A DNA stretch of 62,685 bases, counting the filler, from Sphacelaria rigidula (Eukaryota): the NCBI GenBank assembly GCA_964200075.2. It is 7 parts of 7 records of this genome, joined end to end, with 100 filler letters (N's around TTAATTAATTAA, not from the genome) between each part and the next. Parts side by side here need not be neighbours in the genome. Positions count along the whole stretch, not along the records: positions 44,848 to 53,716 come from CAXNAA020009886.1; positions 53,817 to 62,685 come from CAXNAA020009887.1; 5 more parts are not named here. The stretch is one strand, 5' to 3'. Shown in pieces: positions 52,685-62,685 of this stretch. The notes beneath the pieces were generated by a model. The model had not been told where the DNA came from. It was given only the letters and a program-made list of their open reading frames with translations, and searched no databases. How positions within the stretch are numbered: the first letter of the stretch is position 1; each line of letters starts with the position of its first letter. Both the position numbers and the translations under genes were made by a program.

Positions 52685-53550
52685 GTGAGCGCACATTTCG
52701 CCTTTTCAGCTACAGCCACAGTGATGGTGAAGGCGAGAATTGGAGCTGTCCGTGCTAGGCCCAAATCGGTTAAAACTCACTCCCTACGCAACAACGACTC
52801 GCCTGAAGCCCATGCAGAGCATGCACACCAACTTTCGCGGGAGAGAGCGCGGTATAGGGCAAGACAGCACCGCGGGGCACAAGGGCCTCGCACAACACCT
52901 TGTTCCGCCCGACAATGGCGTGCGTCCACCCCGCCACCTGCTGTTTCCACTTTCCATCCCTCTTGTTCATAATTTCACCCGCTTTAGATCAAAGTCTACA
53001 CACGTTTAGCCACCATCGGCCATCCAACTTGTTGTGCCGTTTTCCCCCGCGCGCACAACGATCGTGCAGTGTGCAGATCATCCCGCATGAGTCTCGTTGG
53101 GGGTGAGAAAGACCAGCGGTGGGTTCTTCTGTCTACAGGCCGTAAAAAGTCGTTCAAAGGGGCTTTAGAGACGTTTTCCGACCGGTCGATATTTTGCCGT
53201 GCGGTGGATTGTCCGTGGCTGTGGAAAACTGATGGTGGGAAAACGTATGTGGAGTTTGGACCATATCCGTTGAAAATATGGACAGAAAGAGGTGGGGGCA
53301 AATATAGCAGGTGGCGAGGGGTGGACCCACCTCAATATCGGGCATAAGGAGATTTTCTGCAAGACTCTTTCGCCCCGTGGTGCCGTTGGCCCTGCGTCGT
53401 TTATCGTGTTGGTTAGTATGCATGCTCTGGACGGGCGTGTGGTCCTTGCGTCGGGATTGATTTCGAGTGGTTTGGGCCCAGGACGGGCAGCCTCAACTCT
53501 CGCATATGAAACCACAGTCTCAGGCTGGAAAGGGGGAGGGTGTGCTCACT
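52685..53550. mobile_element. Foldback element with ~350-bp diverged inverted arms
   Basis: Ends gtgagcgcac / gtgtgctcac. Inverted blocks cagagcatgca / tgcatgctctg, gtccacccc..gccacctgct / agcaggtggc..ggggtggac, and ccaccatc / gatggtgg. Confidence 0.8.
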
Positions 53551-54692
53551 TTTTGCTCATTGCCCAAGTGTTGCAACAACTTAGCTTTCGGCTGAATTGT
53601 AAACACCAGGTGATTCCTTTTTAGGATTGTATTTCCCACGGCTCAGGGGGGGGCGTTCTCTTTTGTTGCTTGCCTTAGTCGTTAGACCATTGACCACGCA
53701 TCCCTTTCGAGACGGANNNNNNNNNNNNNNNNNNNNNNNNNNNNNNNNNNNNNNNNNNNNTTAATTAATTAANNNNNNNNNNNNNNNNNNNNNNNNNNNN
53801 NNNNNNNNNNNNNNNNTTTGTGGGGTTGTCTTATTTTTTTTTTTTTTGTTTTTTTCCGTCAATTTCGTGGCCATTAATTTTTTTTGGTCGGCTTTTTTTG
53901 TTTTTTTTTTTTTTTTTTTCCTTTTCCCAGTGTTATTTTTTTGAGGTTGATAAGAGTCACCTGTCGAAATTTCAGGTCCGGACTCGAAAAAATGGGAGGG
54001 GCACAGCCATTTTCCTAAAAGCACCGCTGCCCTTGGAAAAGCCGCAAATGTTGGATCGTCAAGAAGATCTGAATGAGAGCCCCGATTGAAATCGCCTCCA
54101 GGCGTTGTTTCGTTCACATTCGCACTGCACACGTCAAACAAGTAATACTGAGACCGCAGCAGATTTTTTTGGCTGGAAATTCATTACGTAGCGGGAAACA
54201 ACATGCCGCATCCTTACGGGATATCCTTGTAAAAGAACTCAACCAAAATGCCCCGATGGACCAATAAAAAAATGGGTGCTTCCACATTTCAGCCCACGAC
54301 GAGCGAAGGTCAAGTTGCTGCACAGCATGCCCGTGGCACCCTACTCTTACGACAAGAAACGCTTTGAACACTGATTAAACACCCCGCCCTTCGTACAAGT
54401 TTACAATGTGTACATCCAATCACGGAAGAATCGGTGCTTGGGCACGAACACGACATGTTCGGCGATTGGACAAAGTCCGCACGTATTCTTACGACAAAAC
54501 CAACAAGACAAAAACAACGACACGCTGAACACTGCCACGCCCCCCAAAAAATTAGGCATTTACAGGACGTTTTTATCCTCTCACCGTCACCCCAACACAG
54601 TAAGCTCGCGACGAGACCAACATCAAAGAAAATTCGGCCCAACCCTTGCGCATCTTCCAACCTATTCTACAACAAGACTCGAGCGAATTCCT

Positions 54693-57275
54693 TCACTGTG
54701 TGTCGATGAAGCCAGGCTCCATGTCGATGATGTTGCGGTGGGCCTTGCACGTCTTGCGCATTTTCTCGATCTTGTCCTTCGACTCGATTCCGGTCGCGTC
54801 CTTCTCCAGCTTCAAGTAGGCGCGACAGTAGTCACGCGTGCGACGTGCGAAGCGACGGATTCGCGACAGCGTCAGGATGTTTTTGCGGCACATGAATGCC
54901 AAAATGTTCTGGTGCAGGTTTTTCGGGACCTCGTCGTTGAGCTCCCGCCGGAACTTGAGTTTTGACATCCCCCAGGAGTATTCGATGCCCACGCCGGCCA
55001 CTTCCGGGTGGAACTTGGGGGACAGCACCAGAATGTGCCCCCGTTTCTGCACCGTGTGCTGTAGCGCTGTGCACTCATTCTTGAAGTCCGGAAGTTGGCC
55101 CAAAACTTGGTCAATGTTCATTTTCGGGTCCTTGGCCTTGGTGGACATTCCATCGACATACCACCCCCGCTCCCACAGCACCTGCTTGCTCCCCTTCGGC
55201 TTCCCGACGTATCCCTCCTTCTTGTCGAGCTTGCCGCGCCTCCTAACCTTCTGGTCTTTCGCAGGCGCCTCCCAGTCATAGAAAGGAGGAGGATCGTCGG
55301 GACCGAAAGACATGCGCTGCACCTCACCCAGCTTCAGCTTCATATCCACCGTCTTCGTGGTGAGCACGGGATGAAATTTCGTGCTCCATTCCCCGCCGTT
55401 GAGGTACATCTTCGCCGACCCTGGACCCAAACATCCCTCCGTCATGACACTATCGCGAAGCGCCTTCTGCTTCCCTCCGTACTTTACGTTCATGTTCTGG
55501 ACGTGTAGCCCATCAGGCAAGTACTTCGCGTGCCCGGCCGAGTGATCCACCTCGATCGCCAGCTGCTTCCCCGGCTCAATCTCCTCGAGACAATCCATCA
55601 CGTCGATCGTTTGCTGCTCGAACTCCGCAAACCCCCAGTAGCCTTCCCTGTTATTTCCGGGAAGTAGAAACCGCAACCCGGGAGACTCGTCCAGGGGCGT
55701 GCGACCCTCCCGTTGGCGCCTTTCGTTCACCCGCGCAAGCTCGTCCGCCGAAAGAGGAAGACCAAAGCCGCGCTTCTCATCCTGAAACGCGGACACCATC
55801 TCCCCTGGCCCCTCCGATTTTTTCCTCAGGCCACGCACTCCCCTGATCACCCACTCTGTCCCCTCACGAGCGTATGCCTTGTACACGCTTTCGTCTTGGC
55901 CGATATGGTACAAAGCGCGATCACACTTGCATACGTCGGGCTCATGGAAATGCTCACAGGGACCTTTCGCCGCATCTTTGAACCGTATGCTGTACCGTCC
56001 TCCCGCCGCCCCAAGTTCTCGCCGAAGAGCATCGTGTCGCTTGTCACATCCACCTCCGAGGAAATCGACGTGAAATTCGACGTATTCCGTACCGCCCATC
56101 TCGAACTGAAACGTCTCAGCTGAAAAGGCGTCTGGGCCGGTTTCGCGTTGATCATCGAAGGCCTGCTGCTCTTCTTCGGTCAGAGATGACCACTCCACCT
56201 GCACCCAGCATGGTTTACGCAGCGCGTATTTCCGCTGCTTGCGCAGGTAGTCCTTGCGTGCCTCTTGAACATCAGGTCGCTCGTGGCCGTCGGTGTAGTA
56301 TGACTGCTTCACCCTGTCATGCGTGCACCCGAGCTTGCGCATCCAGACGTTGATCGTAGTCGTGGAGATGGGAAGGCTGAGTCCATACTTCGCCAGCTTG
56401 AGGATCCCCCCTTCCCGTGCAAACAGGACCTCGTTCACGAACTTGTGAGTGCTTTTCGTGGTGACACGCTTTTGGGCCTTCAGCCATCCTAGCAGCTCCA
56501 TCGAGAGATCTTCCTCGTTCAGAATCCACTCCCTCTCGCGAACCCCTCTGCAGTCCCGCTTGAAAAAACCGCCGAGGTCCCCAAACTGACGCGTCCAGGA
56601 GAGGATAGTCGATGCGGCGTATCTCTGGTTCAGCTTCTCGGAAATTCTTGCAGCAATCAGCAGGCGAGAGTTGTTGAGACGAACGAGCGAGGCTTCATCA
56701 ATCGCTTTCTGTGCCACATTGTCGGCGGCAACGCCGACCTTCGAGAGCGCTGCCAAGGCGATCCTGAGGTTCTCCGCGATAAGCAGATCTCGTACCCGTG
56801 TTTCTTCGAGCACTTCCAAGACCGCCATAGCCTGAGCGACGAGCCGCTTCATCTGTGCGGCAGATACCTTCACCTCCTCCGCTTCGTCTTTCGCTGCCCC
56901 ACTGGCGGCAGCACCGTCATTCGGAGAGCCGCTCTCGTCTTTGTCGTCGTCAAAGAGCAACTCTTCGACCCCACACATGATACATCTCCGAAGCCGGCGG
57001 ATGAGCTCATCGTCTTTGCGCGCCGCCTCTTCCATCTCCACCACCCGGCGCTTGAGGTACGAATGCCGATTCTGGAACTTTTTGTTCACCCCTGCCTCCC
57101 GTTTGGTCCAACCCCGCGTGAGACACCGCTTCTCTCGCTCCGTCAGGACAGTAGATTTCATCCAGTCCGAGCGCGACAGGTTGCCACCGTCCTTGCGTTG
57201 CTTTTTGTACTGACGCTCCTGCACGGCGTTGAGTCTGCCCATGCTGTTCTCCGATTTTCCTGTCGGAGGATCCAT
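54693..57275 (-). CDS. Intact IS630/Tc1/mariner-like DDE transposase with a very long D2-E spacer (DGHER-motif type)
   Basis: 860-codon uninterrupted ORF. HTH-like segments (ASTILSW..F; ISTTTINVWMRKLG), YTDGHERPDV, QDES (D1), MVSAF, GYW, EVDHSAGH (D2), PKG.KQVL.ERG, and LSPKFHPEVAGVGIEYSWG (E; compare IS630/Tc1 LP.YSPELNPIE..W). Hand count gives D-115-D-187-E. Confidence 0.9.
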   Translation of the reverse strand: MDPPTGKSENSMGRLNAVQERQYKKQRKDGGNLSRSDWMKSTVLTEREKRCLTRGWTKREAGVNKKFQNRHSYLKRRVVEMEEAARKDDELIRRLRRCIMCGVEELLFDDDKDESGSPNDGAAASGAAKDEAEEVKVSAAQMKRLVAQAMAVLEVLEETRVRDLLIAENLRIALAALSKVGVAADNVAQKAIDEASLVRLNNSRLLIAARISEKLNQRYAASTILSWTRQFGDLGGFFKRDCRGVREREWILNEEDLSMELLGWLKAQKRVTTKSTHKFVNEVLFAREGGILKLAKYGLSLPISTTTINVWMRKLGCTHDRVKQSYYTDGHERPDVQEARKDYLRKQRKYALRKPCWVQVEWSSLTEEEQQAFDDQRETGPDAFSAETFQFEMGGTEYVEFHVDFLGGGCDKRHDALRRELGAAGGRYSIRFKDAAKGPCEHFHEPDVCKCDRALYHIGQDESVYKAYAREGTEWVIRGVRGLRKKSEGPGEMVSAFQDEKRGFGLPLSADELARVNERRQREGRTPLDESPGLRFLLPGNNREGYWGFAEFEQQTIDVMDCLEEIEPGKQLAIEVDHSAGHAKYLPDGLHVQNMNVKYGGKQKALRDSVMTEGCLGPGSAKMYLNGGEWSTKFHPVLTTKTVDMKLKLGEVQRMSFGPDDPPPFYDWEAPAKDQKVRRRGKLDKKEGYVGKPKGSKQVLWERGWYVDGMSTKAKDPKMNIDQVLGQLPDFKNECTALQHTVQKRGHILVLSPKFHPEVAGVGIEYSWGMSKLKFRRELNDEVPKNLHQNILAFMCRKNILTLSRIRRFARRTRDYCRAYLKLEKDATGIESKDKIEKMRKTCKAHRNIIDMEPGFIDTQ

Positions 57276-57951
57276 CGAAGTTGAAAAGGGGTCAAGTTAT
57301 TTTGCTGCAAGGGTTACTTGATGGTTGCGCATTCTTGTCTGCTGCACAGGTGCATATGATGCAAGGCTGCAAAACGAGGCATAATCAGAAGCCCGCAAAG
57401 CATTTTGCACATTCACGTGGCCAAGATACCTGCACCCGCACCAGCCCTGACACGTGCTGGGCAGATATGTTGGGATCGCAATTCGAAGTACAAATGCAAA
57501 CAAAGGTGTTCAGCGGCGATGGGCCGTGCGCACAGCATTGTGCACAGGTAGTGCTTGCGGCCTACAATATGGTAAATCACATGTAGATACGCGAAGCACG
57601 TGTGTGTTTGGTGTGCCTGTTGTGCAATTGAACAGACGCCATCATGAGTTTTGTCGTACTTGCCGCACAGCATTGCAAACACGAGCCTCTCACTTGTACT
57701 TTCACAGCAGCAGCAATATCGGGTGGCACCATGAGGCGACCATATGATTGAATAGTAGCGCACACGATACTTGTACAGCAGTCCACCAGGTTCGCGGGCG
57801 GTTGTCCAGGCGGTTGCCCATGTACACATGTCACGACCACCTGTGTCTAACGGACAGAGTGCTCTTCAGACTGCTGTTTGAAATTTGAAATCAGCCGTTC
57901 GAGCCGTTTGAAATTCTTCGGTTATCATGGTGAACGCAAAACTACACTCGC

Positions 57952-58309
57952 CTTGAGGAAGGTCCGCAGCAACAAGGTCTGCAGCAGCCGTGCTGGAGAC
58001 TTGATCGGAGCCTGTGTGCGGGCTAATCTCCTCGCCGTTGTGGCCTTGCTCCCAGCTCAACCTCCACCAACCTGCGGCTGCAAGGGCCGCGCCTTGTGTC
58101 TCAAAGCTGGGAGACCACACCAGCCGAGTTCGCTTCTTCGTGCTCTGGGTGTACCTCAGCTTCAGCATCCACGTCCCTCTACGCTTGTCTTGGACAGCTA
58201 CAGGAGGAGAGGTTTTCACCCACTCCATGACGCCCGACATGCGTACGGTTACAGCAGGAAGCTCTCGCAAAGGAGCTGCTGTGTTGGTCATGCTGCTGCC
58301 CTCCGCCAT
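57952..58309 (-). CDS. Putative 5' exon of the transposase encoding an AP2/integrase-arm-like DNA-binding domain
   Basis: MAEGSS...VAVQDKRRGTWMLKLRYTQSTKKRTRLVWSPSFETQGAALAAAGWWRLSW...DLPQ. It ends CAA G|gcgagt (GC donor, phase 1), which fits the acceptor ccgacag|GA at 57259. Confidence 0.6.
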
Positions 58310-59452
58310 CACATTTGATTGCACCGCAATTTTTTTCGAAAAGTCACAAAAAATGACGGTTTCGCGTCTCAATCGCGCCGCACTATAGCGTCCTGTCATT
58401 GGTCAAGAACGCTTCAAGGCGAGAACAGACTCTACAGCGCATGTGAGGAACTGCAGCTTTCTCGCGTGAGTTCACCGATTACAGCAATATTTTGGGTTCG
58501 AGATAAGTCCTTGTAGAAGCAGAGATATGGCCATCTGACTGAATGTGAGCTTCTTGGCCGGCCCAGCTCGTATGTGTTTTGCGCAATATACAGCCACACA
58601 TTTACAGCAACATAGCCCAAAGAAAACTCTAGCTCGAAGGGAACAGATACGCTCTTCTTGCGTTCTGCAGTCTGGTGTCACCTGTGTTCATCGAGTGTAT
58701 GCATGTATAGTTGAAATTCAAGTTTTTCATAATCAAATTTCCGTTTTTTAGAACCAAAGTGTCAGATCCACCATCAGGGCTCCGCGTATTGCCTATTACG
58801 CGCACACTTTTAGGCACTGACTGCTTGGGTCGAAGGTCGAATCTCGCCCTCGTCGAACGTGAGCGGTGATGGAAAAACATTGCACCATCTCATCAAGCTT
58901 TCGAAAATGAAGAATATCGCAGGGTGACGTGATGCTGAAGGGGTTTGTTAAGTGTACTGTTTTAAGAGTAGGTCTAGTTGTCCCGCTTGCACGGGAGCGT
59001 TCACACGTAATCTTAGTTTGACATACATAGATATTGGTTTTGTTTGATTTTCTCATACATTATTATAGGTGGCTAGCCTGTGACCACAGAAGGCGTCCGC
59101 ATCGGATGCCCAGAACGAATGTATCGCGCAGATATCGGAACGGTTTTTAATGTGAAGACAACAACAACAACCACATCAACATAGGGTATGCATACTGTCG
59201 ACAATAATATCACGATAACAGTTTTCTTGGCAGCGAGTGCTCCCGTTATTCCCTTCTTGGGTGCGCCCGTCTTGTCACTACACCTAAACTCGTAGCGGGT
59301 CAGGGAATGTGAGACAATCAATCAAACAAACGAACAAACAAACAAATGAATGAATGAATGAATGAATGCAACGGTAGGAAGAAGACGATTCCTACGCGAC
59401 GCTGGTGTCCCGCAAGCACTGGTCAAGTCAAGGATAGCCCGAGCGCTCTCAC

Positions 59453-59521
59453 CCGCTTCAGCACATCTCTAGCCGCCCGTAGCTCCTTGGAAGCGAGATG
59501 CTTCTCCGCCTTGGCCACCAT
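59453..59521 (-). CDS. Short internal exon of a host gene (TPR-like helix)
   Basis: gggcag|ATG GTG GCC...AAG CGG|gtgaga gives MVAKAEKHLASKELRAARDVLKR. A branch-like ctgat lies upstream. Confidence 0.65.
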
Positions 59522-59590
59522 CTGCCCATGGGAGCCACATGAAGAGTAAATCAGCAAGCACAACTTGTCAATATCGTATATATACATATT

Positions 59591-59952
59591 TGTGAGGAAG
59601 GCATATCGCTAGGATAGACAGACCCACGGGGGAGACTGTCGTCGGAGATATCGTCCTCATGCCGAAGGAATTCCAAGGCTAGCGATGATTTTCTCTTGTG
59701 TAATGTAGGCAAGAAGTGGGCCAGACATGAGTGTGATCACGGTGGGGTGGTCCGTTACCTCGGGGGATGTTGGGCCGCCCTGATATTGCGCCCTTCCCTG
59801 CATCACCCCGAGTTGTCTATTATCGTGGGCTTACAGGGCCCCGGTAATCTGGTCCTCTCGGACCGTTCCTACCTTGTACCTGCATACGCTAGCTCTTCAT
59901 ACATGTGTGGCATCGCTCTCTGATGTGTCTCTGCAAAGACGTGTCTTTCACA
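59591..59952 (-). mobile_element. Solo-LTR-like copy of the 41852-42201 LTR
   Basis: TGTGAGGAAGG...GTCTTTCACA termini, with shared core caccccgagttgtcta and gttcctaccttgtacctgc. No TSD seen. Confidence 0.7.
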
Positions 59953-60319
59953 CGCGCATATATATACAAGTATACTCGAGAAGGTTAGCTCCTGCAATGC
60001 CGAACCTGTACTGCTGAGGGCCACCACGAGTAGGCCTTACTCTTTCGACCGCTCAGGTGGCGGAATCACGTCACACGTACGAGACAATCTCCCGTTTCTC
60101 ACCCACGGTGGGGTGACGACCCACCCTACATTACCCTATCTCGAATGAAAGCTTTCTTCAAGGGCTTCCCAAGAGATAGTCATCACCACCTATGCATTCT
60201 CGGAGCAAGGGCTTCAACACGTGATACCTTTAACCTCAGACCGTTGAAAACACGAGTTTTGTTTCGCTCTTTCCTCGGCGCAAAGCTCTGTGAGCAGGGC
60301 TTGGATCAATCTCCGCCTA

Positions 60320-60660
60320 TTGTCGTTGGCAATGTCTATCTCTATCGATAGACCCCTTTCCCACACCATTGTCCGGGCAGCAGTCTGTTGTGGCCCTACA
60401 CCGGAAGCTATTGCCGACGACTGAATATGTCGGCACTTAGGTTTCTAAATCTATTGATGGCGGCAATGGTCATCGATAGACTTTGTGCCAAATCTGCTGA
60501 TGACGGGAAACGGCTACGATACATTGTGTGCCAAGTATTTTGATGACGGCAATGGTTATTGATAGATTGCGTACAAAATCTGTGGATGGTGGCAACGACT
60601 ATCGATAGCTACATACCAGAATCCACTACGGTATACAATGCCTATCGATAGATATCCTCT
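60320..60660. repeat. Degenerate ~45-bp tandem repeats (atcgatag core); related arrays at ~61340-61730 and 62250-62480
   Basis: Recurrent ggcaa.g..tatcgataga...caaatctg motifs. Confidence 0.7.
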
Positions 60661-60914
60661 GTCGCCCATTGCTGCATCTACAATGCACAATACTATGCAT
60701 AGAGCATTTACTTGAATAAAATACGGTAGAGAGGCCGCAATTGTACATGTGATGGGTACATGATGACACTACTTGTGAAAATATGACATCACGATTATAC
60801 AAATTCGGAACGGTTGTAAGTTGCAGGAATCCGTGACATGTGTGGACAGAAGTTTACGGTTTTTGTTGTTGGTGTGGTGTTGGTACTCAGGTTTATCCCT
60901 CTTATGGACTTGCC

Positions 60915-61230
60915 GCCGCGCCCCGGTGGTGTAATGGTCCCACTGTCGCCATTAGGGTGGTGAGAACGGGGGTTCGATTCACGATGCGCCGGGTTTTTTC
61001 TTCGTAATGTATGATTTCCACCGTGGAAAGCGTGAGAACATGAGTAGACGAAGTAGTCGACTGGGTTTGGGTGGCGTGAGTTGACGAGGTGCGGGAGTGC
61101 TGATGGTCATGATCCAATCCGCGAGACCAAAATGAAAAGGCACGTACCGGGGGAGAGATGAGTTGGTTCCTTGAGACCACGGACTCATCCCGAGGAAGGG
61201 GAGGGGTTCAAAGAGTGAGTAAAAAAAAAA
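60915..61230 (+). mobile_element. tRNA-derived SINE family 2, full length
   Basis: gcgccccggTGGTGTAATGG (A box) ... GGTTCGATTC (B box), a unique body, then ttgagaccacggactcatccc...ggggttcaaagagtgagt and poly(A). Confidence 0.85.
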
Positions 61231-61795
61231 AGGACAAGAGCGCTCAGAGTACTTTTGTGTGTGGGTGAGATGTGCTTATACCCTGGACAACAGACTGTAA
61301 TAGAACATTGTCGCCACAATAGCCCCGTAAATGTGAATTGTCAACCGCAAGGGACAGGCATAATTGCCTATCGATAGCTATTGCAGGCAACACTATATTC
61401 GGAAAACGAAACAGAATGTATCATTGCCATGACAACGGAGTGGCCAAGTCCTCTATCGATATGTATATGTTATTTGTTGCAATAGGATCTGAATTGCGCC
61501 ACCAACGTCTATTGCTAATCATAGTAGGAACTCCATTGCGGTTATCAATACACACGGTTGGTCGCCATAAGATCTAAATTGCGCCCACCAATGTCTATTG
61601 CTGGCCACAACAGGATCCAAATCGTGACCATCACTGTCTAGCGCTAGTCACGATGCCATCTGAATGGCGGTCACCAATACATATCGCTGGCCACAATAGG
61701 AGCTAAATAGCGTCGATCAATGGCTACTGATACGCATTTTCGGTGGATGTTTGCACCTTCCACAAGAGCTAATGCCAGCTGTAGTCTTCATCCAG

Positions 61796-62146
61796 TCGCC
61801 CCAGTGGCTCAGTTGGTAACCTCGGAACGTTCTGACCGTTGGGGCGTGGGTTCGAATCTCGGGGCGATCTGGGATTTTTTCTCACACAATGTCCAACAGT
61901 GGAGAGCGACCATGTTATGGGTACACAAAATTCGGCTCAACGGTCGACGAGGGAAAGGGACTGCCTAACCTCTCTCGCGATAAAAAATGAAGGCAAGCAC
62001 CGCAGAAGTAAGGTGGGGAACGAAAATAAATAAAAAAGAAAAACTCCCGTGTGAGCCTTCCTCCTGTGTAATCCCGCCTGCTGCGCCCACATATTCCGAA
62101 AGATGTAGACCGACGTCCAGAATAAATGAGATGGCAACACACACAG
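61796..62146 (+). mobile_element. tRNA-derived SINE family 1
   Basis: tcgccccagTGGCTCAGTTGG...GGGTTCGAATCtcggggcga head, with the same body and tail as 9954-10312. Confidence 0.88.
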
Positions 62147-62685
62147 AGCCTTACGTCGTTGCGTGTCAAGGTGTTGAGATTATTGTTTTTGATGCCGCGA
62201 GACCACTGCAGTGAGCAATACATATCAGGGTATATATTCAAAACCCATTGTTAGCGACATTGGCTATCGATACATGCTCCCCACAACAGGACATTGCTAA
62301 CGGCAATGGCTGTCGACAGATGCTCCCCAAATCTTTTGTTGGCGGCAAAGGCCATCGAAACATTGTTCGCCACATCTGTTGATGATATAGCACTGGCTAC
62401 CGATAGATGGCTCACCATGCATATTGACGACGGCAATATTTATCGATAGATGGTCAACCAAATCTATTGCGGTATACCATGTCCATGGATTGCCGGTGAT
62501 GTTAATTCATTGCAATTGCAGTAGGCTATTGAACGATGTTTACAACACCTATCATTGTTGCTTGCAATATATACCAAAGCAAGTGTTCAAGGGTCGGACA
62601 AATCAATGATTCGTCTGGGAATTACTCGTTTTTAGTGTAATTGATTCGAATCGTACGAATCAAGCCCTAGGCTTTGTTTTCAGCG

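Noticed and set aside
53950-54690. Fanzor/TnpB cargo or guide RNA downstream of the ITm transposase
   Set aside because: The short Cys-containing ORFs show no RuvC motifs and are too short, and I could not support any structured RNA by eye.
54838-57213. Plus-strand ORFs overlapping the transposase
   Set aside because: They are antisense shadows of a GC-rich coding sequence with no independent motifs.
61796-61870. tRNA gene (also at 9954, 10996 and 60915)
   Set aside because: The anticodon arms are irregular and differ between copies, and each head continues into a shared ~280-bp body and tail, as in SINEs.

Overview
This is eukaryotic, repeat-rich nuclear DNA, most likely a brown alga or other stramenopile (inferred from small GC-rich exons in multi-kb TE-filled introns and TTAGGG motifs). 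It is not one locus: seven contigs of 8869-8870 bp are joined by 100-nt N spacers containing TTAATTAATTAA, so adjacency across gaps means nothing. Host genes appear only as scattered exons: the first two exons of a KDM4/JMJD2-type JmjN histone demethylase, one exon of a cationic amino-acid transporter, four or five exons of a WHIM1/WSD(WHIM3)/PHD-like chromatin protein, a possible WKF-family terminal exon and a TPR-like exon. Most of the rest is mobile DNA: two tRNA-derived SINE families, 8-bp-TSD MITEs, TA-TSD MITEs, piggyBac-like MITE chains, foldback elements, LTRs and several satellites. The standout is an intact 860-codon IS630/Tc1/mariner-like transposase (54693-57275, minus strand) with a very long D2-E spacer (DD187E by hand count). 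An upstream AP2/integrase-arm-like exon can join it in frame through a GC-AG intron, predicting a ~974-aa AP2-DDE fusion.
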